The notes beneath the pieces are model-generated. The model made no database searches and was not told the origin of the DNA. It was given only the letters and a program-made list of their open reading frames with translations. 32,000 nt of DNA from Saxibacter everestensis (GTDB lineage Bacteria > Actinomycetota > Actinomycetes > Actinomycetales > Brevibacteriaceae): NCBI RefSeq assembly GCF_025787225.1, contig NZ_CP090958.1:865856-897855 (forward strand), given 5' to 3'. Position numbers and translations under genes: made by a program. This document shows, in pieces, positions 8,282 through 17,344 of this stretch. The number at the start of each line of letters is the position of its first letter. Positions within the stretch are counted from its first letter, which is position 1.

Positions 8282-9538
8282 ATGCAGGTACCGGGGCTTC
8301 TTGACGCCACCCCGCTGATCGATGGCCACAACGATCTTCCGGCCGCGCTGCGAGAGAAAGCCGGCTACTCCGTGGCTCGCCTCGATGTGGAGCGTCCTGA
8401 ATTGCACACCGACATCGTGAAACTTCGGCAGGGCAAGGTCGGCGGCCAGTTCTGGTCGGTCTGGGTGCCATCGGATATTTCAGAGGACGCGGCAGTCGTC
8501 GCCACGCTTGAGCAGGTCGACGCTGTACACCGGATTGTTGCCGCCTATCCGGACACATTCGGCCTGGCCTGCACCGCCGACGATGTCGAACGGGTTTTCG
8601 GCAGCGGACGGATCGCCTCGCTGATCGGCATCGAGGGCGGCCATTCAATCGCGGAATCGCTAGGCGCGCTGCGAATGTTCGGCCGGCTCGGCGTGCGGTA
8701 CATGACCCTGACCCACAACGACGACACATCGTGGGCCGCCTCGGCTACAGGTGTCCGGCAGAGCACGGGGCTGAACGAGGCCGGGCGGGCAATAGTCACG
8801 GAAATGAACCGGATCGGCATGATCGTCGATCTGTCCCACACCGCCGAGTCAACCCAGCTCGATGCGCTCGCGACGACATCCGCGCCGGTGATCTTTTCGC
8901 ATTCCTCGGCCAGGGCGGTCGCCGACCATCCGCGGAATGTTTCAGACGCGGTACTGGCCGAACTCGCCGGTAACGGCGGGGTCGTGCAGATAACGTTCGT
9001 GCCGGGATTCATCTCGCAGCCGTGCGTCGACTGGCGCCGGGAGATGCTCGCCAAACGGGTCGAGCTCGGTCTCGACCCGCACACGCCGCAGGGCCATCCT
9101 GGATCCTCAGCGTTGCGGTCCGACTTCGCTGTCGCGCCGAAGCCGGGTGAATCGCTGGAGTCGGTGCGCCGGCGCAACGATGAGCTGCTCGCGGCCGACG
9201 AGGACGAGGGTAAACCTGCCGAGGCACGGGCAGCGCTGAACAGCTGGATCGAGGAGAACCCCCGGCCGGAGGCCGATCTGTCCGATGTGGTCAGCCACCT
9301 GGAGCATGCGCGGGAGGCTGCCGGAATCGATCACATCGGCATTGGCGGTGATTACGATGGCACCTCGACGCTGCCGATCGGACTGGAGAACGTCAGCCGA
9401 TACCCCGCGCTGTTCTCCGAACTCGCGTCGCGGGGCTGGTCCGGAGCCGACCTGCAGAAGCTGGCCGGGCGCAATGTGCTGCGGGTCATGCGCGCCGTCG
9501 AGCACGCTGCGCACGAGCCACTCTGGCCGGAGTGCTAG
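8282..9538 (+). CDS. Dipeptidase, peptidase family M19 (renal/membrane dipeptidase-like), no signal peptide
   Basis: M19 metal-ligand blocks are present: IDGHNDLP, IEGGHS, DLSH, FSHS and GIGGDYDG. AGGGA lies upstream of the ATG. Only 8 nt separate it from the preceding gene. Confidence 0.85.
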   Translation: MQVPGLLDATPLIDGHNDLPAALREKAGYSVARLDVERPELHTDIVKLRQGKVGGQFWSVWVPSDISEDAAVVATLEQVDAVHRIVAAYPDTFGLACTADDVERVFGSGRIASLIGIEGGHSIAESLGALRMFGRLGVRYMTLTHNDDTSWAASATGVRQSTGLNEAGRAIVTEMNRIGMIVDLSHTAESTQLDALATTSAPVIFSHSSARAVADHPRNVSDAVLAELAGNGGVVQITFVPGFISQPCVDWRREMLAKRVELGLDPHTPQGHPGSSALRSDFAVAPKPGESLESVRRRNDELLAADEDEGKPAEARAALNSWIEENPRPEADLSDVVSHLEHAREAAGIDHIGIGGDYDGTSTLPIGLENVSRYPALFSELASRGWSGADLQKLAGRNVLRVMRAVEHAAHEPLWPEC

Positions 9539-10107
9539 TGGCCGAACGGGTCGGGATCGACGCCCGGCATCCAGGAGAGCCCCGGCACGCCCCAGCCGTT
9601 TGACCTGATCAGCTTGCGAGCCTTCTTCGACCAGCGTTCGCTGAGCCGGTCGACGTACAGCGTGCCGTTCAGATGGTCGAATTCGTGCTGCATCACCCGT
9701 GCCAGCCAGCCGCGCGCTTCGAGCTCGACCGGATGTCCGTCGCCGTCGAGGGCTGAGACCTTTACCCAGTCGGCACGTTTGAGCGGAAAGTCCTCACCCG
9801 GCACGGACAGGCATCCTTCCGTGTCGTCGTCACGGTCCGGCGCGGTGCCCGGCACCTTGCTGTTCACCAGCGTCGGATTCACGAACACGCCCCGGTGTTG
9901 TTCCCCGTCGTCGTCGGGCGCGTCATAGACGAAGATTCTTAAGGCCACACCGATCTGGGGTGCGGCAAGGCCGACGCCGTTGGACGCGGCAAGCGTGTCG
10001 TACATGTCGTCGATCAGCCGGCGCAGATCGTCGTCGAACTCAGCAACCTCCGATGCTCGACGGTGCAGAACGGGTTCGCCAAGAACGACGATGGGATGAA
10101 TAGTCAC
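9535..10107 (-). CDS. def: Peptide deformylase
   Basis: 190 aa with the three deformylase motifs GVGLAAPQIG, EGCLSVPG and QHEFDHLNG. It uses a GTG start. Its stop overlaps the dipeptidase stop by 4 nt in convergent orientation. Confidence 0.95.
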   Translation of the reverse strand: MTIHPIVVLGEPVLHRRASEVAEFDDDLRRLIDDMYDTLAASNGVGLAAPQIGVALRIFVYDAPDDDGEQHRGVFVNPTLVNSKVPGTAPDRDDDTEGCLSVPGEDFPLKRADWVKVSALDGDGHPVELEARGWLARVMQHEFDHLNGTLYVDRLSERWSKKARKLIRSNGWGVPGLSWMPGVDPDPFGH

Positions 10108-10187
10108 GGTGATCGATTCTAGGCCAGGAGAGCCGAGGCCGAGTCCAGCCCCGGCAGCCAGAGGAATGTAAGTTGGTCGAATCGACG

Positions 10188-10216
10188 TTGTTCAGTCAAA
10201 ATAGTTGACACAACAA
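10188..10216. promoter_or_regulatory. Imperfect inverted repeat (TTGTTCAGTCAA-aatag-TTGACACAACAA) in the AT-rich def/cysK divergent region; includes a TTGACA hexamer
   Basis: Read directly from the sequence. The arms are 12 nt with 2 mismatches, and the core GTCAA-N5-TTGAC is perfect. It lies 100 nt upstream of the cysK ATG. The function is inferred. Confidence 0.3.
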
Positions 10217-10315
10217 TCAGCAGCTGAAGCCATTGGCTGGTGCGAGGCGCATGTACGAAGTGCGCCGACCCCCAACTGATCAGTAGTTTTCTTTTTCAAG
10301 AAGAGGTGTAAGTTC

Positions 10316-11242
10316 ATGCCGATTTACAACGATGTCACCGAACTCGTCGGACGTACCCCGCTGGTTCGCCTCAACAAGGCCAGCGAAGACACCGGAGCCG
10401 AAATCATCGGCAAGCTTGAGTTCTACAATCCGACCAACAGCGTCAAGGACCGGATCGGCGTCTCCATGGTCGATGCGGCGGAGAAGTCCGGTCAGCTGAC
10501 CCCCGGCGGCACGATCGTCGAAGCCACCAGCGGCAACACCGGAATCGCGCTGGCCATGGTCGGCGCGGCACGCGGCTACAAGGTCATCCTCACGATGCCG
10601 GAGTCGATGAGTAAGGAACGCCGCGCACTGCTTCGAGCGTTCGGCGCACAGCTCGAGCTGACGCCGGCGGCCGAAGGCATGAAGGGCGCAGTCGCTAAAG
10701 CCGAAGAGCTCGGCGCAGAAGGGGCGGTACTGGTTCGGCAGTTCGCCAACGAGGCCAATGTGCAAATCCACCGGGACGCCACCGCGCAGGAGATCCTGGC
10801 CGATACAGACGGCAAGCTGGACATCTTCATCGCCGGGATCGGCACCGGTGGCACCATAACCGGCGTCGGCCGGGTGCTGAAGGAACGCAATCCAGACGTC
10901 AAGGTGATCGGCGTGGAGCCCGCGGACTCGGCAATCCTTAACGGCGGTCAGCCCGGCGGCCACAAGATCCAGGGCATCGGGGCGAACTTCGTGCCGGAAA
11001 TCCTGGACACCGACGTCTACGACGAAATCGTCGATGTCAGCAACGACGACGCCTTCGAGTCGGCACGCCAGGTGGCCAGGGATGAAGGCCTTCTGGTCGG
11101 TATCTCCTCCGGCGCCGCGGTGTGGGCTGCACGCCAGGTTGCCTCCCGGCCGGAAAACGCCGGCAAGCGGATCGTCGTGATCATTCCCTCATTCGGCGAG
11201 CGCTACCTCTCGACGCCGCTGTTCGCCGAATACATGGACTAA
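10316..11242 (+). CDS. cysK: Cysteine synthase A (O-acetylserine sulfhydrylase)
   Basis: 308 aa: [20 protein letters not shown]..., PLP-lysine block [20 protein letters not shown] and [14 protein letters not shown] lies 7 nt upstream of the ATG. Confidence 0.95.
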   Translation: MPIYNDVTELVGRTPLVRLNKASEDTGAEIIGKLEFYNPTNSVKDRIGVSMVDAAEKSGQLTPGGTIVEATSGNTGIALAMVGAARGYKVILTMPESMSKERRALLRAFGAQLELTPAAEGMKGAVAKAEELGAEGAVLVRQFANEANVQIHRDATAQEILADTDGKLDIFIAGIGTGGTITGVGRVLKERNPDVKVIGVEPADSAILNGGQPGGHKIQGIGANFVPEILDTDVYDEIVDVSNDDAFESARQVARDEGLLVGISSGAAVWAARQVASRPENAGKRIVVIIPSFGERYLSTPLFAEYMD

Positions 11243-11256
11243 GCGGTACTCGAGAA

Positions 11257-11880
11257 GTGTCTAACGAATCACTCGGCTGGCGCGCGCGCCTGTCCGAAGA
11301 CCTCGCCACTGCTGTGCGCCGCGATCCGGCGGCGCGCAGCAAGGTCGTGATGCTGCTGTCCTACCCGGGCCTGCACGCGATCTGGGCACATCGCGGCATC
11401 CACGCACTGTGGAATATGCCGGGCATGCGGGTACCCGCGCGTCTGCTGTCGCAGGCGGTCAGGACCGCAACCGGCGTCGAGATTCACCCCGGCGCGAAGA
11501 TCGGCCGGCGGTTCTTCATCGACCACGCGATCGGTGTGGTGATCGGTGAGACCGCGGAAATCGGCGACGACGTCTTCCTGTACCACGGCGTGACCCTTGG
11601 CGGTCGTTCCATGCAGCAGGTGAAGCGGCATCCGACCCTGGGCAACAACGTGACGGTCGGCGCCGGGGCTGCGGTGCTCGGCCCGGTTCACATCGGCGAC
11701 AACGCGCAGATCGGGGCAAACGCCGTGGTTGTGCACGACGTCCCGGCGGACAGTATCGCGGTCGGTGTCCCGGCGAAGCTCCGGCAGCCCCGCTCCACCA
11801 CCCCGCCGCTCGCGGTGCCGTCGCAGGCCGCCGATGCCGCGGTCGAATGGGAACTTGCCGATCCGGCGCTCTGGATCTAA
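11257..11880 (+). CDS. cysE: Serine O-acetyltransferase
   Basis: The track ORF starts at 11122 inside cysK. I prefer the in-frame GTG at 11257, 14 nt after the cysK stop (VSNESLGW...). It has the hexapeptide-repeat body [28 protein letters not shown]...[31 protein letters not shown]. Confidence 0.9.
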   Translation: MSNESLGWRARLSEDLATAVRRDPAARSKVVMLLSYPGLHAIWAHRGIHALWNMPGMRVPARLLSQAVRTATGVEIHPGAKIGRRFFIDHAIGVVIGETAEIGDDVFLYHGVTLGGRSMQQVKRHPTLGNNVTVGAGAAVLGPVHIGDNAQIGANAVVVHDVPADSIAVGVPAKLRQPRSTTPPLAVPSQAADAAVEWELADPALWI

Positions 11881-11988
11881 CTACCGACGCCGCCAGTTGG
11901 TGCCGGACGCTGCCGGTTGGCGCCGGATGACAGCGGCCGGACGCCGCCAGCCGGGCGGGCCCACGTGGGGCCGTGGCAGAATCGAGCC

Positions 11989-12942
11989 ATGACGACGATG
12001 GACATCACAACAATCGCCTTTCCCGCCGCCGACCTGCTCGACGCGGTCCGGGCCCGGGTAGACGAGAACAGTACCGGCAAGCTGAACTTCGTCATCTGGA
12101 ACGGTACCGAAAACCCGCAGGGCACGTCGGTCGACGATATCGATGCCGTGATCCTGCCGTACCTGGGCACGGCAGAGACCCTGGCCAGGCTCCCGGAGCT
12201 GCCGAACCTCAAGTTCGTCCAGGGTCAGAGCACTGGCTACGACGGAGTGCTTGAGGCTGCAGGTCCCGGTGTTGCGGTGTCCAGCGCCTCCGGCGTGCAT
12301 GCCGCGGCGACCGCGGAACTCGCAGTCGGCCTCGCGCTCGCCTCGCTGCGTGGCATCGATGACGCCGCTCGCGACATGAGGGAGGAAAAATGGTCGCCGA
12401 CCCGGAGGCTTTCGCTTGCGGATCGCCGGGTACTGCTGATCGGCGTCGGTGGTATCGGCGAGGAGATCGCCAAGCGGCTCGATCCCTTCGAGGTCGACCT
12501 GACCAGGGTCGGCACCCGCGAGCGAGACGACGAGCGGGGCCATGTCTTCGATGCCGGCGATCTGCCACGGCTGCTGCCGACAGCCGAGGTCGTCATCCTG
12601 ATCACGCCGCTGACCGACGAAACCCACCATCTTGTCGATAAGGACTTCCTCGCCCGACTGCCGGACGGCGCCCTGATCGTCAACGTCGCCCGGGGCCCGG
12701 TCGTCGATACCGACGCACTGGTTGCCGAGCTCGCTTCCGGCCGGTTGCACGCCGCCCTCGACGTCGTGGACCCCGAGCCGCTGCCGGAAGGACACCCGCT
12801 GTGGCGGACGCCGAACACCTTGGTCACGCCGCATGTCGGCGGGAACACCAGCGCGTTCGTTCCGCGAATCGAGAACCTGCTGGCAGAACAGCTGCGCAGG
12901 ATCTGCGCGGGCGAGGACCTGATGAACCGGGTCGACGCCTGA
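11989..12942 (+). CDS. D-isomer-specific 2-hydroxyacid dehydrogenase family protein (NAD-binding)
   Basis: I prefer the ATG at 11989 (MTTMDITT...). It has the GxGxxG block LIGVGGIGEEIAKRL and the catalytic-triad context NVARGPVVD, DVVDPEPLP and TPHVGG. Confidence 0.85.
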   Translation: MTTMDITTIAFPAADLLDAVRARVDENSTGKLNFVIWNGTENPQGTSVDDIDAVILPYLGTAETLARLPELPNLKFVQGQSTGYDGVLEAAGPGVAVSSASGVHAAATAELAVGLALASLRGIDDAARDMREEKWSPTRRLSLADRRVLLIGVGGIGEEIAKRLDPFEVDLTRVGTRERDDERGHVFDAGDLPRLLPTAEVVILITPLTDETHHLVDKDFLARLPDGALIVNVARGPVVDTDALVAELASGRLHAALDVVDPEPLPEGHPLWRTPNTLVTPHVGGNTSAFVPRIENLLAEQLRRICAGEDLMNRVDA

Positions 12943-13523
12943 TGCCTGAGCAATTTCCGATCGTCGGAATCCAGATTCAGCGCGACCGGATGAAGCCCGG
13001 GAAGGCCCCGCTGCGCCGATACTTGCCCGAGGTGCGGCTGCCCGTGACTCGGATCGACTTCGACCTCACCGGCGTCTGGCACACCGACGAGGCCGGAACG
13101 ACCCAGCTTGATGTGCACAATCGCAACCACCCGAGGACCCGGGATCCGAAGGGGCGCTCCGCGATCACGTTCATGGGTACCGGCGACTATGAGAAGATCC
13201 GGGCCGAGTACGGCACGCATATCTTCGACCAGGTGGCGGGGGAGACCCTGCTGGTTGACGCGCCCGCCGGCCTGGCCAACCGGGAGATCCCAGCCGAGGT
13301 CACCCTGCGCACAGCTGGCGGGGACGTGCGGCTGAGCAGCGTCCGGGTGGCCAAGCCCTGCGTCGAATTCTCCCGCTACTGCCTCCGGGAGGAACCCACC
13401 TCCGAGGTGTCCGACGCAGTGCGTGCCGCGCTGGACTTCCTGGATCACGGCATCCGCGGCTATCGAAGCGTGCCGACCGAGGCGGGCACTGTGAGCCTCG
13501 GCGACTCGCTCGTGCTCGGCTAG
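12942..13523 (+). CDS. Hypothetical protein, possibly MOSC-like beta-barrel
   Basis: The ATG at 12942 overlaps the dehydrogenase stop (TGATG), which suggests translational coupling. The family call rests only on weak resemblance (AGETLLVD, VRVAKPCVEFSRYCL with the conserved-Cys context). Confidence 0.4.
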   Translation: MPEQFPIVGIQIQRDRMKPGKAPLRRYLPEVRLPVTRIDFDLTGVWHTDEAGTTQLDVHNRNHPRTRDPKGRSAITFMGTGDYEKIRAEYGTHIFDQVAGETLLVDAPAGLANREIPAEVTLRTAGGDVRLSSVRVAKPCVEFSRYCLREEPTSEVSDAVRAALDFLDHGIRGYRSVPTEAGTVSLGDSLVLG

Positions 13524-14437
13524 GAACTGTCGCCGGCGGTGATCTCTGCGGCTGCCTCGGTCAAGCCGCGGAGCACCTGTCGGACCGCCCGGCGTTCCGC
13601 CCGGTCCGGCCGCATCAGCGCGACCATGCGCCGTCCGGCTTTCAGGCCGGTGATCGGCCTCAACACGACGCCGGAACCCGGGGTCGCTGCCTGCGCGTAG
13701 CGTGGCAGAACTGAGATTCCGTGACCCGCGGCAACCAGTGCCTCGATGATCCGGTTGTCCCGGAGCCGTTGCACCACGGTCACCGGCTGACCTGCCAGGT
13801 CGCCGATCTGCTTGACCAGATGATCGAACGGAAACCCCTCGGGCACGCCGATCCAGCGTTCGCCTCGCACGTCACGCGGCGAACACGTTGTTTTGGCGGC
13901 CAGGGGGTGGTCCTCTGGCAGTGCGATGTCCAGCGGCTCGCGCAGCAGCGGCACGGCAGTGAGCCTGGATCCGGTCCACGGTGGCGGCTCGAATACGTGG
14001 TGTGCGACGACGATGTCGGCATCGGCGGTCAGTGCTGCGAAGGCTTCCGTCCGTACGTCCCGGTCGTCGCAGCGCAGTTCGATCCCGGACAGCAGATCTT
14101 CCTTGGCCAGTAGTCGAGGCAACAGGAGCTGGCCGGCCGAGGGGAAGAGCACTAGATCGACGGTGCCGCTGTTGCTGCCGCGGAATTCGTCCCACACCGC
14201 CTGTGCGGTGGATAGGGCCGTCGCGACATCGACCGCCGCCGCTGCCAGGGTGTTCCCGGCGGAAGTCAGCCTGACGCCGCGGCCGTGCCGCTCCACCAGG
14301 GGTGCGCCGAGCTCGCGCTGCATTGTCTTTAGTTGCTGCGACACGGCAGACGGGGTTCGGTGGGTCGCCTCGGCAACCGCGGTGATGCTGCCTCGTTCTG
14401 CGAGTTCGCGCAGCAGGCTCAGATGCGAAACGTCCAT
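13520..14437 (-). CDS. LysR family transcriptional regulator
   Basis: 305 aa with an N-terminal wHTH (LSLLRELAERGSITAVAEATHRTPSAVSQQLKTMQRELGAPLVERHGRGVRLTSAGN). It is divergent from the EamA gene. Confidence 0.9.
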   Translation of the reverse strand: MDVSHLSLLRELAERGSITAVAEATHRTPSAVSQQLKTMQRELGAPLVERHGRGVRLTSAGNTLAAAAVDVATALSTAQAVWDEFRGSNSGTVDLVLFPSAGQLLLPRLLAKEDLLSGIELRCDDRDVRTEAFAALTADADIVVAHHVFEPPPWTGSRLTAVPLLREPLDIALPEDHPLAAKTTCSPRDVRGERWIGVPEGFPFDHLVKQIGDLAGQPVTVVQRLRDNRIIEALVAAGHGISVLPRYAQAATPGSGVVLRPITGLKAGRRMVALMRPDRAERRAVRQVLRGLTEAAAEITAGDSS

Positions 14438-14451
14438 GTAGGCAGTCTAAA

Positions 14452-14466
14452 GTATTACGGTAGTAC
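14452..14466. promoter_or_regulatory. LysR-type T-N11-A box candidate (GTAtTAC-g-GTAgTAC) in the LysR/EamA divergent region
   Basis: A 15-bp imperfect palindrome read directly from the 72-bp intergenic region. It lies next to a TAGACT hexamer (reverse complement of 14444-14449) 6 nt upstream of the LysR ATG. Confidence 0.4.
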
Positions 14467-14509
14467 GCTGCGATTGTGCTGAAGTGTCCCAGCGGCCAGA
14501 ATTGAACGC

Positions 14510-15499
14510 ATGACCGCCCGTGACCGCCTCCTCGCCATATCGGTTGCCGTGATGTGGGGGCTGAATTTTCCAGCAACGGCCTACGCCCTCGAGCAGTTCC
14601 CGCCATTCCTGCTGGTCGCCCTTCGCTTTGCGCTGCTTGCCGTGCCGACCGTGCTGTTCGTTCGCCGGCCGCAGGTGAAATGGCGCTGGCTGCTGGGCTA
14701 CGGCGTCGGTTTCGGCGTGCTGCAGTTCGCGTTCCTCTACCTCGGGATGAGCAGCGGGATGCCGACCGGGCTTGCCTCGCTCGTGTTGCAGGCATCCGCG
14801 CCGTTCACCGTTGTGCTCGCCGGGTTGTTCCTGCGCGAGAGGCTCACCCCGATCCAGGGAATCGGTGTGCTGCTAGCTGTCGCCGGCCTGGGAATCATTG
14901 CCGCCCATCAGGCCCAGGTGTCCTCGCTGATGCCGGTGGTCCTCACGCTGCTGGGCGCCCTGGGCTGGTCGATCGGCAACCTCTGCTCGCGCCAGGCGCG
15001 GCCGGACAGCCCGCTGCGGCTCACATTGTGGATGTCGGTCGTCCCGCCGCTGCCGATGTTCGCGCTCTCGATGATGATCGAGGGCCCGACGGCGATCGGC
15101 GCATCGCTGTCCACGGCCTTCACCGTGGACGCCCTGCCAGCGGTGCTCGGCGTGCTCTACATCGTGCTGATTGCAACGATTCTCGGGTCCGGCATCTGGA
15201 CCACGCTGATGTCGAAGTATCCCTCGAGCACGGTTGCGCCATTCTCGATGCTGGTGCCGGTGATCGGGCTGTCGTCCTCTGCGTTCATGCTCGGAGAACG
15301 AATCAGCGGACTGCAGATAGTCGGCGCGGGAATCGTAATCTCCGGCGTGCTGCTGGCAAGCCTGCGGTTTCGCAAGCCGCTCCGCAGACTTCGCAGGCCG
15401 ATGCCCGCCGGCGCCAGCTCGGAGGCACCCGCGAACGTCGTCGATCCCGTCGCCGACCCCGTCGTCGACCCCGCGGAGCAAAGAATCGTCGGGCGATAG
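14510..15499 (+). CDS. EamA/DMT family transporter (10-TM exporter type)
   Basis: 329 aa. The N-terminus LAISVAVMWGLNFPATAYALEQFPPFLLVALRF and the two repeated 5-TM halves are typical of EamA-domain proteins. The C-terminal tail is Pro/Val/Asp-rich. Confidence 0.85.
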   Translation: MTARDRLLAISVAVMWGLNFPATAYALEQFPPFLLVALRFALLAVPTVLFVRRPQVKWRWLLGYGVGFGVLQFAFLYLGMSSGMPTGLASLVLQASAPFTVVLAGLFLRERLTPIQGIGVLLAVAGLGIIAAHQAQVSSLMPVVLTLLGALGWSIGNLCSRQARPDSPLRLTLWMSVVPPLPMFALSMMIEGPTAIGASLSTAFTVDALPAVLGVLYIVLIATILGSGIWTTLMSKYPSSTVAPFSMLVPVIGLSSSAFMLGERISGLQIVGAGIVISGVLLASLRFRKPLRRLRRPMPAGASSEAPANVVDPVADPVVDPAEQRIVGR

Positions 15500-15600
15500 C
15501 CCGGGCGGACGGCGTAGTCGATAGCCGGTGTCTCTTTTGGCAAGATATTCGTATCGGAATATGGGCGCTGTGACGGGCTGAGAGCATCGGTCCTACACTC

Positions 15601-17340
15601 GTGAGCATGACTTCCGCATCGACGAATAATCCGGGCGGCCCAGCAGCCGAAAAGCCAGACATCAAGCCCCGTTCCCGCGACGTCACCGACGGCATCGAGA
15701 AAACAGCCTCCCGAGGCATGCTCCGCGCCGTCGGGATGGGCGACGACGACTGGGAGAAGCCGCAGATCGGCGTCGGATCCTCCTGGAACGAGATCACGCC
15801 ATGCAATCTCTCCCTGGAGCGGCTGGCCAAGGCCGCCAAAGAGGGCGTGCATGAGGCGGGCGGCTACCCGCTGGAGTTCGGCACGATCTCGGTGTCCGAC
15901 GGCATCTCGATGGGACATGAGGGAATGCACTTCTCGCTGGTGTCCCGCGAAGTGATCACCGATTCGGTCGAGACGGTTATGAGTGCGGAACGTCTGGACG
16001 GCTCCGTTCTGCTGGCCGGTTGCGACAAGTCGATCCCCGGCATGCTGATGGCTGCGGCCCGGCTCGGCCTGTCAAGCGTCTTCCTCTACAACGGCTCGAT
16101 CATGCCGGGATTCGCGAAGATGTCGGACGGCACCGAGAAGGAGGTCACCCTGATCGACGCCTTCGAAGCAGTCGGGGCTTGCCGTGCCGGCAAGATGTCG
16201 ATGGAGGATCTGACCGCGATCGAAAAGGCGGTTTGTCCGGGCGAGGGTGCCTGCGGCGGCATGTACACCGCCAACACGATGGCCTCTGCCGCCGAGGCGA
16301 TGGGAATGTCGCTGCCGGGTTCGGCGGCCCCTCCCGCCATCGACCGGGCGCGCGATCGTTTTGCCAAGGAGTCCGGCGTCGCCGTCGTCGAGTTGCTGCG
16401 CCGCGGCATCACCACCCGCGACGTCATCACCAAGGAATCCCTGGAGAACGCCATCGCGGTGACCATGGCCTTCGGGGGTTCGACCAACGCCGTGCTGCAT
16501 CTGATGGCAATTGCCCGCGAGGCCGAGGTCGATCTCCAGCTTTCCGACTTCAACCGGGTCGGCGACAAGGTTCCGCATCTCGGCGATCTCAAGCCGTTCG
16601 GCCGGTACGTGATGAACGACGTGCACAAGATCGGCGGTGTGCCGGTGATCATGAAGGCACTGCTCGACGCCGGCCTGCTGAACGGTGACTGCCTGACCGT
16701 GACCGGCAAGACAGTCGCGGAGAATCTCGCCGAGGTCAACCCGCCGGACCCGGACGGCAAGATCCTGCGTGCGATGGACAACCCGATTCACAAGACCGGT
16801 GGACTGACCGTGCTGCACGGCTCGCTTGCCCCGGGCGGCTCTGTCGTGAAGACCGCGGGTTTCGACACCGACGTCTTCGAGGGAACCGCCCGCGTCTTCG
16901 AGCGCGAGCAGTCCGCAATGCGTGCGGTGCTCGATGGCGAAATCAACCCGGGTGAGGTCATCGTGATTCGCTATGAGGGTCCGAAGGGCGGCCCGGGCAT
17001 GCGCGAGATGCTGGCGATTACCGGTGCGATCAAGGGGGCGGGTCTTGGCAAGGACGTGCTGCTGCTGACCGATGGCCGGTTCTCCGGAGGCACGACTGGC
17101 CTGTGCATCGGCCATGTCGCGCCCGAGGCAGTCGACGGCGGCCCGATCGCCTTCGTGCGCGACGGTGACACGATCAGGGTCGATATCGCCAACCGCAGCA
17201 TGGACCTGCTGATCAGCGAGGACGAGCTGTCCGGTCGGAAGGCCGGCTGGGAGCCGCTGCCGCCGGTCTACACCCGCGGAGTGCTGGCCAAGTACGCAAA
17301 GCTCGTGACGTCCGCCTCGGAGGGCGCGGTTTGCGGCTGA
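15601..17340 (+). CDS. ilvD: Dihydroxy-acid dehydratase
   Basis: 579 aa: [25 protein letters not shown], Fe-S ligand contexts CDKSIPG and [16 protein letters not shown], and the C-terminal block [16 protein letters not shown]. The start is GTG 15601 or ATG 15607. Confidence 0.95.
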   Translation: MSMTSASTNNPGGPAAEKPDIKPRSRDVTDGIEKTASRGMLRAVGMGDDDWEKPQIGVGSSWNEITPCNLSLERLAKAAKEGVHEAGGYPLEFGTISVSDGISMGHEGMHFSLVSREVITDSVETVMSAERLDGSVLLAGCDKSIPGMLMAAARLGLSSVFLYNGSIMPGFAKMSDGTEKEVTLIDAFEAVGACRAGKMSMEDLTAIEKAVCPGEGACGGMYTANTMASAAEAMGMSLPGSAAPPAIDRARDRFAKESGVAVVELLRRGITTRDVITKESLENAIAVTMAFGGSTNAVLHLMAIAREAEVDLQLSDFNRVGDKVPHLGDLKPFGRYVMNDVHKIGGVPVIMKALLDAGLLNGDCLTVTGKTVAENLAEVNPPDPDGKILRAMDNPIHKTGGLTVLHGSLAPGGSVVKTAGFDTDVFEGTARVFEREQSAMRAVLDGEINPGEVIVIRYEGPKGGPGMREMLAITGAIKGAGLGKDVLLLTDGRFSGGTTGLCIGHVAPEAVDGGPIAFVRDGDTIRVDIANRSMDLLISEDELSGRKAGWEPLPPVYTRGVLAKYAKLVTSASEGAVCG

Positions 17341-17344
17341 CGCC

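Noticed and set aside
12237-13448. 403-aa minus-strand ORF spanning the dehydrogenase and MOSC-like genes
   Set aside because: It crosses the boundary of two translationally coupled + strand genes and is Ser/Arg/Pro-rich. The + strand frames carry clear NAD-binding and catalytic motifs.
13872-14795. 307-aa minus-strand ORF and the 339-aa + strand alternative frame (14554-15573) around the LysR/EamA genes
   Set aside because: Both are Arg/Ala/Pro-rich alternative frames of genes with strong family signatures (LysR wHTH, EamA TM repeats). The minus-strand ORF also crosses the divergent promoter region.
15545-15562. ATATTC-N6-GAATAT inverted repeat upstream of ilvD
   Set aside because: It is a short 6-bp dyad in the only AT-rich patch of the spacer. 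It may simply be promoter sequence. I could not define convincing -35 and -10 elements or tie it to a known regulator.
16072-17115. 347-aa and 231-aa minus-strand ORFs inside ilvD, plus similar antisense ORFs in ilvB (19586-20614) and the C39-like gene (17213-18253)
   Set aside because: These are antisense shadows of genes with unambiguous motifs. They show no independent signals.
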